Shown here piece after piece: positions 21,117-32,381 of a stretch of DNA of 64,000 nt (position 1 is its first letter; every line of letters begins with the position of its first letter). Source of the DNA: an uncultured Actinomycetota bacterium (GTDB lineage: Bacteria; Actinomycetota; Actinomycetes; Actinomycetales; Dermatophilaceae); NCBI GenBank assembly GCA_963724925.1, contig CAVRXF010000020.1:68816-132815 (forward strand), read 5' to 3'. A program made the position numbers and the translations under genes. The notes beneath the pieces were generated by a model. The model did not search any database, was not told the origin of the DNA, and saw only the letters and a list, made by a program, of their open reading frames with translations.

Positions 21117-22151
21117 TTAGTGAACCGCCAATTCCGACGTGGCGTCGGCGAGCCACCACTTGAGCTCAGCCGCGGCGACCCGGTAGCCGTACCCGGAACC
21201 GTCGGCCTGCCGGGAATACCCCGTGTGGTAGTAGACCGACGGATGGCCGGCGCCAACCGCCACTGTCTCCTCCATCATCCCGTACCCGAACCGGATGAAC
21301 CGGGTCTGGCCAGCCCCCCGCTGCCCCTCGGGGAGACGCTCGGCCAGGCTCGCGGCATACGCAAGCGAGGGCGCGTCGGGTGGCGGTAAGCCGAGCAGCC
21401 GCGCCAGCGTGGGTGCCTCGGCGATGCTGATCGACGCCCGGCGAAGGAACGGGTCGATCCGGCAGGCCGGCAGCCGCTCGTCGATCTTGTGGGGCACCAG
21501 GTCGAAACTGACCGGGATGCCGGCTGCGACGGCGATCTGGGTGGCTAGGTCGACGGCCGCGGCGGAGCGGTCGTTCAGCAGCGCGTACCCGTCGATGACG
21601 AGCGCGTCCGAGGTGGCAATGAACTCCTCCCGGCGCCGCACCAGGTCGACGTCGAGGTGGTCGTAGGGTGAGGGCTCCTGTGCGAGGAGCAGGCGGACTC
21701 CGCCTGGGTTCTCCGGGGTGGGTGCGTCTCGGACAATGAGGACCAGCCCGTTGGCGACGGCGCGCTTCTCCTCGAAGCAGGCGCGCACGCCGATCTGACT
21801 GGCTGCCGCCCAGATGGTGTCGCTCCACTCGTCGTCGCCGATTGCGGCGATCACTCGAACCTCGGCGAAGTGCGCAGCAGCCGCCCTGGCGAAGCTCATC
21901 GCGGTGCCACCGACGATGGTCGCGACAGCTGCGGGCTCGTGGTGGTCGTGGGTGAGCTGGGTGAAGCGGCGGCTACGCAGGGCCGACACGACATCCACGC
22001 GCACGTCGCCGATGACGGTGACGACGAAGCCGGGCTGCAACGCAGCCGGGTCGTCGATGAGCGCTTCGGGGGTGGCTAGCGAACTCTGGATGCGGGCAGC
22101 CGGACAGAGGCTCGCGCCGTCGGTGGCGCCATCGCCAGCCCTGCGTGCCAT
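21117..22151 (-). CDS. PfkB/ribokinase-like family protein, divergent (catalytic GAGD motif not conserved)
   Basis: Ribokinase-like layout: IVGGTAMSFARAAA near the N-terminus, LVIDGYALL, and a C-terminal DGSGYGYRVAAA where DTxGAGDxF is expected. Confidence 0.55.
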   Translation of the reverse strand: MARRAGDGATDGASLCPAARIQSSLATPEALIDDPAALQPGFVVTVIGDVRVDVVSALRSRRFTQLTHDHHEPAAVATIVGGTAMSFARAAAAHFAEVRVIAAIGDDEWSDTIWAAASQIGVRACFEEKRAVANGLVLIVRDAPTPENPGGVRLLLAQEPSPYDHLDVDLVRRREEFIATSDALVIDGYALLNDRSAAAVDLATQIAVAAGIPVSFDLVPHKIDERLPACRIDPFLRRASISIAEAPTLARLLGLPPPDAPSLAYAASLAERLPEGQRGAGQTRFIRFGYGMMEETVAVGAGHPSVYYHTGYSRQADGSGYGYRVAAAELKWWLADATSELAVH

Positions 22152-22268
22152 GCAGCCTCACCCTGGTCGGATTGCGGAGGCTTCGGTTCACGGTGCGTTT
22201 CGTACCAGGGTAGCTGTTGGGCGCACCCGAATGAGCGTTCCGCGACCGGCAATTCGAGCTACCCGCCG

Positions 22269-23384
22269 CTAGCCGCCAGCGACGGTGAAGGGGGAGCGCG
22301 TCTCGGCGAAAACGCTGCCGTCCTTGGCGCTGCGCTCGAACACCCGAATCGAGTAGTCGCCTGCGGGCAGGACCCCTAGGTCGATCGAGTAGGTCCCACG
22401 CTCCGGGCAACCGGAGCTGGCCGTCGCCGTCCCGGACCTGATCGCCAGGCCGCCGCGAGAGAGCTCCCAGGCGAACTGGGCTTCGAACACGCAGGCCTGG
22501 CCGCCCACCACGGCGGGGTGACCGGCGGGCACCGGGACGTAGCGGCTGGGGTCGGTGATCCACAGCGGAGCGAGGTCCTCGTACGCGGCCGCCGGCCGCC
22601 GGAACACCCCGCCGGACATCGTCTCGAAGATGGGCGCACCGGAGCTCGTCGTCACCCGGACGGGCCGGTTCGCGCTGGCCGCGCCCGTGACGGTCCACAC
22701 CAGTTGCTGCACTGCGATGCGCTGCTGGTCCTGGGTGAGCCCGGCCCGGCCCGGTCCACTGAGCACAACCTGGATCTCGTCCGCCCCGACCGTCGTGCTC
22801 GCCGTCGTGCCGGGCGCCCAAGGCTGTTGGTAGCCCTCGTATGCCGTGAGCGAGCGCCCGTTGTCGTCCTGCCCCGACAGCGCGATTCGGACCGCGGCGT
22901 CAGCCAACGTCGAGGGGTCGGTGCTCACCCGCTGCTCCGGCAGGAAGGTGCGGTACAGCAGCCAGGGCACTGCCGTCGTGCCCGGGCCGACGTAGTACAC
23001 CGGCAGAGCCTGCGAACCGGCCGACGCCAGGGGGGACGGCGGCTGTTGCGAGGTCGGCTGCGGCGCGGGCGCCGATGCCGTCGGGGTCGGTGTCGCCGTG
23101 GTTTCGGTGGTGCTGCTCGCCGTGTCGGTGACGACAGCGACCGGACCCGGTCCGCTGGGGCGCACGATCAGCAGCCACACCAGGCCGCCGACGAGCAGGA
23201 CGGCGACGCTGGCGGCGACCGGTGCGAGCCAAGGGGGGACCCGCCGTCGCTCGGTGGCCGCGATCTCGGATTGGATTTGGGCCAGGCGCTCGCTGGGGGC
23301 GATCGAGGTGGCCTGCTCGGCGAAGCCGCGGCGCAGGCCGTCCTCCAGGTCGGTGAAGCGACCTGGCGTGATGTCGTCCGTCAT
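22269..23384 (-). CDS. membrane-anchored anti-sigma-factor-like protein with GerMN-like and Ig-like extracytoplasmic domains
   Basis: It lies 20 nt downstream of the ECF sigma gene. It has a short cytoplasmic N-terminus, one TM segment (VAASVAVLLVGGLVWLLIV), a Thr/Pro-rich linker and a large external part. Confidence 0.6.
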   Translation of the reverse strand: MTDDITPGRFTDLEDGLRRGFAEQATSIAPSERLAQIQSEIAATERRRVPPWLAPVAASVAVLLVGGLVWLLIVRPSGPGPVAVVTDTASSTTETTATPTPTASAPAPQPTSQQPPSPLASAGSQALPVYYVGPGTTAVPWLLYRTFLPEQRVSTDPSTLADAAVRIALSGQDDNGRSLTAYEGYQQPWAPGTTASTTVGADEIQVVLSGPGRAGLTQDQQRIAVQQLVWTVTGAASANRPVRVTTSSGAPIFETMSGGVFRRPAAAYEDLAPLWITDPSRYVPVPAGHPAVVGGQACVFEAQFAWELSRGGLAIRSGTATASSGCPERGTYSIDLGVLPAGDYSIRVFERSAKDGSVFAETRSPFTVAGG

Positions 23385-23403
23385 CGCTGCACCGCCCTTC
23401 CGG

Positions 23404-23964
23404 TCATGAGCCCTCCTCCGCTCGGAGTCGCAGGCTAGCCAAGGCTCGGTGCGCGTGGGCCTTGACCGACCCGGCGCTGATTCCCAAGGTGTCGGCGATC
23501 TGCGCCTCGGTGAGGTCGGCGTAGTAGCGCAGCACGAGGACTTCGCGTTGGCGCTGGGGCAGCGCCCGCACCACGGCGAGCATCACCGCACTGTCCAGAT
23601 GTCGCAGGGCGCTCGCTTCGGCGCTCGGCGCGACGGCCCGGCCTGAGGCGTCGGCCCGGGTGGCCTCGGCCGTCGTCTCGCGACGTACCACCCGGTCGTG
23701 CCGCTGCCTCGAGCGGGCGCCGTTGACCACGCAGGTCCGCAGGTAGGCCAGCGCCTTCTGCCGGTCGCGAAGATGCGGCCACCGGCGGTGCGTGGCGACG
23801 AAGGCCTCCTGAACCACGTCCTCGGCGGCCTGCTGGTCATGCAGCAACAGCCAGGCCAGCCGCACGAGAGCCTGCCAGTGGACGGCATACAGACCGGTCA
23901 GTGCCTCGTCGGCCGAGAGCGCCTCGGTGCTCGAGGTCGGTTCGAGCGCACTGATCGGGGTCAC
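23404..23964 (-). CDS. ECF (group 4) RNA polymerase sigma factor
   Basis: Region 2 reads AEDVVQEAFVATHRRW and region 4 reads REVLVLRYYADLTEAQIADTLGISAGSVKAHAHRALASLR. The start is GTG at 23964 inside a longer track ORF. Confidence 0.88.
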   Translation of the reverse strand: MTPISALEPTSSTEALSADEALTGLYAVHWQALVRLAWLLLHDQQAAEDVVQEAFVATHRRWPHLRDRQKALAYLRTCVVNGARSRQRHDRVVRRETTAEATRADASGRAVAPSAEASALRHLDSAVMLAVVRALPQRQREVLVLRYYADLTEAQIADTLGISAGSVKAHAHRALASLRLRAEEGS

Positions 23965-24015
23965 GTCCTTCCGACGCCTCAGCGGACCAGACCGTTGACA
24001 GATAGTCTCGCCAGT

Positions 24016-24360
24016 GTGAGCGCGCCGACCTGTCTGTTCTGCAAGATCGTGTCCGGCGAGTTGCGTTCCGAGGTCGTCGCGGAGACCGAGCACAGCTTTG
24101 CGTTCCGCGACATCGAGCCGGTCGCGCCCGTGCACGTGCTCGTCGTTCCCCGCAGGCACGTGCAAGACCTGGGAGAGCTGGTCGAGTATGCCGATGAGCT
24201 CGTCGACGTGATCGACCTGGCCGCCACCGTGGCCGACGAGGAAGGGCTGGACCGCGGCTGGCGGCTGCTCAGCAACACCGGCAGCGAGGCCGGCCAGGCC
24301 GTCTACCACGCCCACGTGCACGTTATCGGAGGCCGCCAGCTCACCTGGCCGCCAGGCTGA
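24016..24360 (+). CDS. HIT (histidine triad) family protein
   Basis: HxHxHxx motif is HAHVHVIGG and the N-terminus reads CLFCKIV. The start is GTG at 24016. Confidence 0.9.
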   Translation: MSAPTCLFCKIVSGELRSEVVAETEHSFAFRDIEPVAPVHVLVVPRRHVQDLGELVEYADELVDVIDLAATVADEEGLDRGWRLLSNTGSEAGQAVYHAHVHVIGGRQLTWPPG

Positions 24361-24405
24361 CGCGGCAGCCCGCGACGGCGCCACGGACGTAGACTGGTCG
24401 CCGAG

Positions 24406-25464
24406 ATGGCAGACGTCGAGCATCGTCCGGAGCCGGTCCCCGAGGGGGGCCCGGCGCGACCGACCCACACCCTGACCATCCCGCCGTCCGTTCCGATGGT
24501 CGCCCTGCTGGGCCCCAGAGACCAGCTGCTCGCCACCATCGAGCGCAACTTCCCGCGCCTGGACGTGCACGTGCGCGGCAACGAGCTGTCGCTGCGGGGT
24601 CCCAGCACCGACGTTGCCCTTGTCGAGCGGCTCGTCGACGAGCTGCTTGTCGTGCTCGACGCGGGCCAGTCGCTCGGGCGGGACGCGGTCGAGCGCTCCA
24701 TCGGCATGCTGCGGGCGCAGACTGCCGAGCGCCCGGCGGACGTGCTGACCATGAACATCATCTCTAACCGGGGCCGCACGATCCGCCCGAAGACGCTCAA
24801 CCAGAAGCGGTATGTCGATGCCATCGACGCCCACACGGTCGTCTTCGCCATCGGCCCGGCCGGCACCGGCAAGACCTACCTCGCGATGGCGAAGGCGGTC
24901 GCCGCGCTGCAGGCCAAACGGGTCAACCGGATCATCCTCACCCGGCCGGCCGTGGAGGCAGGGGAGCGGCTGGGGTTTCTCCCGGGCACCCTGAACGACA
25001 AGATCGACCCCTACCTGCGCCCGCTCTACGACGCGCTGCACGACATGGCCGACCCCGATACCATTCCCCGGCTGATGGCCTCGGGCACGATCGAGGTGGC
25101 ACCGCTGGCGTACATGCGAGGGCGCACCCTCAACGACGCCTTCATCGTCCTCGACGAGGCCCAGAACACCTCAAGCGAGCAGATGAAGATGTTCCTGACC
25201 CGGCTCGGGTTCGGCTCGACGATGGTCGTCACCGGCGACATCACCCAAGTCGACCTGCCCGGCGGCACCGCCTCTGGCCTGCGACAGGTCCGCGGCATCC
25301 TCGGGGAGGTTGAGGACATCCACTTCGCCGAGCTCACCTCGGCCGATGTGGTGCGCCACCGGCTGGTCAGCGCCATCGTCGACGCGTACGAGCGCGACGA
25401 AGCGAGCCGCACCCAGTCGGCCCGCCCGGTCAGCGCCCCCTACCCAAGGTCTGGCCGGCGGTGA
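24406..25464 (+). CDS. phoH: PhoH-family ATPase
   Basis: Walker A is GPAGTGKTY and Walker B is FIVLDEAQN. It sits directly upstream of ybeY. Confidence 0.92.
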   Translation: MADVEHRPEPVPEGGPARPTHTLTIPPSVPMVALLGPRDQLLATIERNFPRLDVHVRGNELSLRGPSTDVALVERLVDELLVVLDAGQSLGRDAVERSIGMLRAQTAERPADVLTMNIISNRGRTIRPKTLNQKRYVDAIDAHTVVFAIGPAGTGKTYLAMAKAVAALQAKRVNRIILTRPAVEAGERLGFLPGTLNDKIDPYLRPLYDALHDMADPDTIPRLMASGTIEVAPLAYMRGRTLNDAFIVLDEAQNTSSEQMKMFLTRLGFGSTMVVTGDITQVDLPGGTASGLRQVRGILGEVEDIHFAELTSADVVRHRLVSAIVDAYERDEASRTQSARPVSAPYPRSGRR

Positions 25465-25916
25465 GCGTCGACGTCCTCAACGAGTGCGGGTATGCCGTCG
25501 AGGAGCTCGAGCTCGTGGCGTGCGCCCGGTACGTGCTGGACCAGATGCGCGTTCACCCGGATGCCGACCTGTGCCTCACACTCGTCGACGAAGCCGCGAT
25601 GGAGGTCCTGCACACCCAGTGGATGGACCTTCCCGGCCCCACAGATGTCATGAGCTTCCCCATGGACGAGCTGCGGCCAGGCCGCGAAGGGGAGGCTCCC
25701 GACGAGGGCGTCCTCGGCGATGTCGTGCTATGCCCCACGGTTGCGGAGCGACAGGCCGCCGAAGCGGGCCACGCGCCGATCGAGGAGCTGCTGCTGCTCA
25801 CGACGCACGGCATACTGCACCTGCTCGGCTACGACCACGGCGAGCTGGCCGAGGAACGCGAGATGTCTGAGCTGCAGCGCCAGCTGCTGCTGACCTTCCT
25901 CGCCGGACGAGGGGCG
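25461..25916 (+). CDS. ybeY: rRNA maturation RNase YbeY (no stop codon of its own in this sequence; reads through into the next gene)
   Basis: Zinc motif is HGILHLLGYDH. The GTGA overlap with the phoH stop gives a GTG start. The frame continues uninterrupted into the CNNM gene. Confidence 0.85.
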
Positions 25917-27218
25917 ATGACCGTCGGGCTGGTCGCCGCCGCGGTGGTGAGCACCATTGCGGCCTTTCTGCTTTCGGCGGCGGAGGCGGCCGTCTACCGG
26001 ATGTCCCGGGTGCGCGCGCAGGAGCTCTCCGACGAGGGCCGGCCCGGAGGCACCGCACTGCTCGCCGTCGTGGCCGAGCCCGCGCCGCACCTTGCCGTCC
26101 TGGCGTTCCTTCGGGTCGTGGCCGAGGCGGCCACTGCCGTGCTCATCACGATTACCGTCATCGGCATCGTCGACTCGATCGGCCAGGCACTCGCCATCTC
26201 GATCGCCGTCATGGCGGTGGTCTCGTTCGTCGTCGTCGGGGTGTCTCCCCGGACTCTGGGCCGACAGCACTACGACCGGGTGGCGCTGGCCGCGGCGCCC
26301 CTGACCCGCGGTCTGCGGCGCATTCTGGGACCACTGGCGCAGGCGCTCGTCGCGCTCGGCAACGCGGTAACGCCCGGGAAGGGTTACCGGGACGGACCGT
26401 TCCAGACCGAGTCCGAGCTGCGCGACCTGCTCGACCAGGCGTCCGAGACCGACGTGATCGAGGACGACGAGCGGGAGATGATCGACTCGGTCTTCGAGCT
26501 GGGCGACACCGTGGCTCGCGAGGTGATGGTGCCCAGAACCGACATGGTGACCATCCCGTCCGACAAGACGCTAGGCAACGCGATGTGGCTGTTCTTGCGC
26601 ACCGGCTTCTCGCGCATTCCGGTCGTCGGGGAGGACAATGACGACGTCCTGGGCCTGCTCTACCTCAAGGACCTCGTCCAGCGGGTGGCCGACGACCCGA
26701 AGGCGGCCGCCCTGCCGGTCGACGACCTGAAGCGGCCGATGCATTTCGTGCCCGAGTCCAAGCCGGTCGACGACCTGCTGCGCGACATGCAGCGCGAGCA
26801 GAACCACTTCGCGATCGTCGTCGACGAGTACGGCGGGACGGCCGGGCTGGTCACCATCGAGGACATCCTCGAGGAGATCGTGGGGGAGATTGCCGACGAG
26901 TACGACCGCGAGGAGCCCGGCGTCGAGCCCCTCCCGGACGGCTCGCTGCGGGTGCCGGCCTCGATGGACGTCGACGACTTCGGCGAGCTGTTCGGGCTGG
27001 ACATCGACGACGACGAGGTCGACACCGTGGGGGGTCTGCTCGCCAAGGCGATCGGCCGGGTCCCGATCGTCGGCTCGACCGCGCACGTCGAGGGCCTCTC
27101 GCTCACTGCCGAGCGGATGGCCGGGCGCCGCCACCGGATCGCGACGGTCATCGTTCGTGCGCTCGAGCCGACTGCCGAGGCGCCGGAGGGCGATAGGGAC
27201 CGAGCTCATGCCGACTGA
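25917..27218 (+). CDS. CNNM/TlyC-family protein (DUF21 membrane domain - CBS pair - CorC_HlyC)
   Basis: DUF21 TM region, CBS pair (AREVMVPRTDM...) and a CorC_HlyC C-terminus. ATG 25917 is preceded by GACGAGGGG. Confidence 0.88.
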   Translation: MTVGLVAAAVVSTIAAFLLSAAEAAVYRMSRVRAQELSDEGRPGGTALLAVVAEPAPHLAVLAFLRVVAEAATAVLITITVIGIVDSIGQALAISIAVMAVVSFVVVGVSPRTLGRQHYDRVALAAAPLTRGLRRILGPLAQALVALGNAVTPGKGYRDGPFQTESELRDLLDQASETDVIEDDEREMIDSVFELGDTVAREVMVPRTDMVTIPSDKTLGNAMWLFLRTGFSRIPVVGEDNDDVLGLLYLKDLVQRVADDPKAAALPVDDLKRPMHFVPESKPVDDLLRDMQREQNHFAIVVDEYGGTAGLVTIEDILEEIVGEIADEYDREEPGVEPLPDGSLRVPASMDVDDFGELFGLDIDDDEVDTVGGLLAKAIGRVPIVGSTAHVEGLSLTAERMAGRRHRIATVIVRALEPTAEAPEGDRDRAHAD

Positions 27219-28167
27219 GCCCATGCCGACTGAAGGCGGCCCGCCAGGGGCCTCCGCGGGTGAGTTCCGGGCCGGCTTCGCCTGCATCGTGGGGCGGCCC
27301 AACGCCGGCAAGTCGACCCTCACCAATGCGCTGGTCGGGCAGAAGGTCGCCATCACGTCGTCCAAGCCGCAGACGACCCGGCATACCATCCGCGGCATCT
27401 CGACGAGCGAGCACTCCCAGCTCGTCCTCGTGGACACGCCCGGGCTGCACCGTCCCCGGACGTTGCTCGGCCAGCGGCTCAACGACCTCGTCCACCAGAG
27501 CCTGCAGGACGTCGACGTCGTGGGGTTCTGTATGCCGGCCGATCAGCGAGTGGGACCCGGGGACCGGTTCATCGCGGCCGAGCTGGCGCAGCTGCGCGCA
27601 GCGAAAGGCCGGGCCGTGGTGGCCATCGCCACCAAGATGGACCTGGTCGACCGCGACCGGCTGGCCGAGCATCTCGTCGCCATCGACCAGGTCGGGGACT
27701 GGGACGAGATCGTGCCGTGCTCGGCGGCCAGCGGCGCGCAGGTCAGCGTGGTGCGCGACCTGCTCACCTCGTTCCTGCCAGTCTCCCCGCCGCTCTACCC
27801 GGAAGAGCTGGCCACCGACCAGCCCGACGAGGTGGTCGTCGCGGAGCTGGTGCGCGAAGCCGCCCTCGAGGGAGTGCGCGACGAGCTGCCGCACTCGCTC
27901 GCCGTCGTCGTCGAGGAGATCGTTCCCCGCGAGGGCCGGCCGGAGGGCCAGCCGATGCTCGACGTCCGCGTGAGTGTCTACGTCGAGCGGGCCAGCCAGA
28001 AGGCCATCGTCATCGGACGCGGCGGCTCGCGGCTGCGCGAGGTCGGCACGAACGCCCGCGCCGCGATCGAGGCGCTGCTCGGCTCGAAGGTCTACCTCGA
28101 CCTACACGTCAAGGTTGCCAAGGACTGGCAGCGCGACCCGAAGCAGCTGCAGCGGCTGGGGTACTGA
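27208..28167 (+). CDS. era: GTPase Era
   Basis: Contains GRPNAGKST, DTPG and TKMD, plus a KH domain (VSVYVERASQKAIVIGRGG). A second in-frame ATG lies at 27223. Confidence 0.94.
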   Translation: MPTEPMPTEGGPPGASAGEFRAGFACIVGRPNAGKSTLTNALVGQKVAITSSKPQTTRHTIRGISTSEHSQLVLVDTPGLHRPRTLLGQRLNDLVHQSLQDVDVVGFCMPADQRVGPGDRFIAAELAQLRAAKGRAVVAIATKMDLVDRDRLAEHLVAIDQVGDWDEIVPCSAASGAQVSVVRDLLTSFLPVSPPLYPEELATDQPDEVVVAELVREAALEGVRDELPHSLAVVVEEIVPREGRPEGQPMLDVRVSVYVERASQKAIVIGRGGSRLREVGTNARAAIEALLGSKVYLDLHVKVAKDWQRDPKQLQRLGY

Positions 28168-28324
28168 CTGAGGTTGGCGGAGCCTCAATGAGAGACCACG
28201 CACCCGGGGCTCTTGGACAAATCCCGAGCTCTTGGCACGAAACCGGTGCGCTTACCCCCGTAGCCAGGGCTAACAGCAGCCCGCACGTGCTAAGAGCAGC
28301 GCCGTCACTACCTTCCGACCAGGC

Positions 28325-29167
28325 ATGATGGGCGGCATGGCCACCCTCGTGTTCGTCCATGCCCATCCAGACGACGAGGCGACCTTGACGTCCGGGTCGA
28401 TGGCCCGGGCCGCCGCCGAGGGGCACCGGGTCGTCACCGCTATCGCGACGAACGGTGAGCACGGTGAGGCCCCGGACGATCTGGGGCCCGGAGAGACGAT
28501 TGCCGACCGGCGCCGGAGGGAGGCTGACGCGTCCGCGAGCGCCGTCGGCGTCGCCCGGCTGGCCTGGCTCGGGTACGCCGACTCGGGGATGACCGGCTGG
28601 GACCAGAACCGGCACGAGAGCGCGTTCAACACCGCCGACCTCGACGAGGCCGCCGGTCGACTGGCTGCCCTGCTGGACGAGGAGGCGGCCGACGTCGTCG
28701 TCGGCTACGACTGGCACGGCAACTACGGTCATCCCGACCACGTCAAGGTGCATCGGGTCGTTCGCCGGGCCGTCGAGCTCGTCCGCGGGCCTCGGCCGCG
28801 GCTGCTCGAGGCGACCATGAACCGGGACCGGCTGCGGGCGGAAGTCGCGGAATACCAGACCCAGCAACCGGAGGTCGAATGGGATGTCGATGCGCCCATG
28901 GACGACGGCAACCCGTTGGGCACGCCAGAGGCCGAAATCCACTGGGAGGTCGACGTCACGGCATACCTGCAACAGCGACGCGCCTCGCTCGCATCGCACG
29001 CCAGCCAGGTGACCGACACGGCCAGGTGGCTCGGGCTCGATGCGGACGGCTTCGCGCGAGCGTTCTCGACGGAGTTCTACATCGAACCTGGCCGAGCGCC
29101 CGGCATGCGCCGAGCGTGGTTCCTCGACGGGCTGCCCGGGAGTGGCACGCCTAGCGGAGCACCTTGA
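28325..29167 (+). CDS. PIG-L (LmbE-like) family deacetylase
   Basis: Contains VHAHPDDE, with a later HPDH. ATG 28337 is an alternative start. Confidence 0.82.
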   Translation: MMGGMATLVFVHAHPDDEATLTSGSMARAAAEGHRVVTAIATNGEHGEAPDDLGPGETIADRRRREADASASAVGVARLAWLGYADSGMTGWDQNRHESAFNTADLDEAAGRLAALLDEEAADVVVGYDWHGNYGHPDHVKVHRVVRRAVELVRGPRPRLLEATMNRDRLRAEVAEYQTQQPEVEWDVDAPMDDGNPLGTPEAEIHWEVDVTAYLQQRRASLASHASQVTDTARWLGLDADGFARAFSTEFYIEPGRAPGMRRAWFLDGLPGSGTPSGAP

Positions 29168-30281
29168 CGGTGACCCACGCGTCGTGCACCGCCTTGGCCT
29201 GCGTCGACTTCGCGCCGTAGCGCTTCCTGGCGGCAGCCATGGTCCGCTCGGCGAACTCGGCGAACTCGACGTCTTTAGGGATGCCCTTGCCGGTGATCGT
29301 GTCGTACCAGATCTGCCCGGGCGCCTCCCACGAGTAGCCCCCGATCGCCGTGGCCACCAGGGCGAAGGCCCGGTTGGGGATACCGGAGTTCAGGTGGACG
29401 CCGCCGTTGTCGTGTTCGGCGTCGTGGGGCAGGTCCTGGTAGCCGTCCATGTCCGCCGGCTGTGGGTCCTTGCCCAGGTTGGGGTCGTCGTACGCCGTGC
29501 CAGGCGCCTTCATCGAGCGCAGTGCGACGCCGTTGACCTTGTCGGTGAACAGCCCCGCGCCGATCAGCCAGTCGGCCTGATCGGCGGTCTCGCCGCCCCG
29601 CAGCTGCTTGACCAGCGAGCCGAACACGTCGGACACCGACTCGTTCAGGGCGCCGGACTGGGCCACGTAGGTCAGCCCGGCGGTGTACTGGGTGAGGCCG
29701 TGGGTGAGCTCGTGCCCGATGACGTCGAGGCAGGAGGTGAACCCGTCGAAGTACACCCCGTCGCCGTCGCCGAAGACCATCTGCGCGCCGTCCCAGAACG
29801 CGTTGTCGTAGTCGCGCTCGTAGTGCACGCTCGCCACCAGCGGCAGCCCCTTGCCGTCCAGGGAGTCGCGCTGGTACGCCGTCCACAGCATCTGCCAGGT
29901 CGCACCGAGCCCGTCGTAGGCCTCGTTGACGGCCACGTCGTCGACGGGCTTGGCGCTCTCGGCCCGCACCAGCGTGCCGGGCAGGGCCGTGCCGTGCTTG
30001 GCATCGTGGATCGAGCGCTCCGGCACGGCCGGCACGGTGGCCGTCACCTGCGGGCGCCGGCCCGAGTCCAGCCCGCGAGCTCGCCGGACCAGGTCAGGGG
30101 GCACCAGGCCCTTGGGGTCGCGCCCGGCGCGCTCGGAGACGATGGTGCGCCGCTCGCGCACCGTGGCATCGCTGCCGATGGTGCGCTGGGCGCACCGCGC
30201 CACGTGTGCGTTGTCGCTGTCCGCCAGCCGCCCGAGCAGGTACGGCGGGATGATCGTGCAGTGGGCCCTGGTCGTCTCCAT
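29151..30281 (-). CDS. M4 (thermolysin-like) metallopeptidase, protealysin-type without signal peptide
   Basis: HExxH appears as VIGHELTHG and the downstream Glu motif as GALNESVSDVFG. The N-terminus reads METTRAHCTIIPPYLL. Start set to ATG 30281. Confidence 0.85.
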   Translation of the reverse strand: METTRAHCTIIPPYLLGRLADSDNAHVARCAQRTIGSDATVRERRTIVSERAGRDPKGLVPPDLVRRARGLDSGRRPQVTATVPAVPERSIHDAKHGTALPGTLVRAESAKPVDDVAVNEAYDGLGATWQMLWTAYQRDSLDGKGLPLVASVHYERDYDNAFWDGAQMVFGDGDGVYFDGFTSCLDVIGHELTHGLTQYTAGLTYVAQSGALNESVSDVFGSLVKQLRGGETADQADWLIGAGLFTDKVNGVALRSMKAPGTAYDDPNLGKDPQPADMDGYQDLPHDAEHDNGGVHLNSGIPNRAFALVATAIGGYSWEAPGQIWYDTITGKGIPKDVEFAEFAERTMAAARKRYGAKSTQAKAVHDAWVTVKVLR

Positions 30282-30399
30282 GCACCCATCCTGCCTGCCG
30301 CCACTGACGGCCCAAAAGCGCGCAACGCTCGCGCCGTCCGGGCGACCCGCCAGGGCGGGGGATTGGACGATTCGTGCGCGCGCGGCATACCCTGTCCCC

Positions 30400-30441
30400 G
30401 TGGCGCTGGTGCTCCTGCTTCCCTGCCGCGGCGAGGCCTGA
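30400..30441 (+). promoter_or_regulatory. candidate Leu-rich leader peptide (V-A-L-V-L-L-L-P-C-R-G-E-A) upstream of leuA
   Basis: Small ORF from GTG 30400 to TGA 30441 with four Leu codons among its first seven. It is followed by CCTCGTC (30454-30460), which is complementary to GACGAGG at 30498 and 30507; the latter includes the leuA SD. Confidence 0.45.
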
Positions 30442-30508
30442 TCTGACGGCCCCCCTCGTCGCGGAGTCCGCCGTGCCCCGGCCGCGCACAGACCCCTGAC
30501 GAGGATGA

Positions 30509-32275
<1,767 letters not shown>

Positions 32276-32381
32276 CGGGTCAGGCAGGGGCGCGGTCGGG
32301 CTCACGCCGTTCGGTCATGCCGATCGCGGCGTATGTCACGCGTCTGGTATGACCGAAGGTGCAGCGGATCCTGCTCGGTGA

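Noticed and set aside
28325-29167. An emfourin-type inhibitor gene partnered with the protealysin-like M4 protease.
   Set aside because: The DNA downstream of the protease gene is occupied by the convergent PIG-L deacetylase gene, which overlaps it by 17 bp. No small inhibitor ORF is present.
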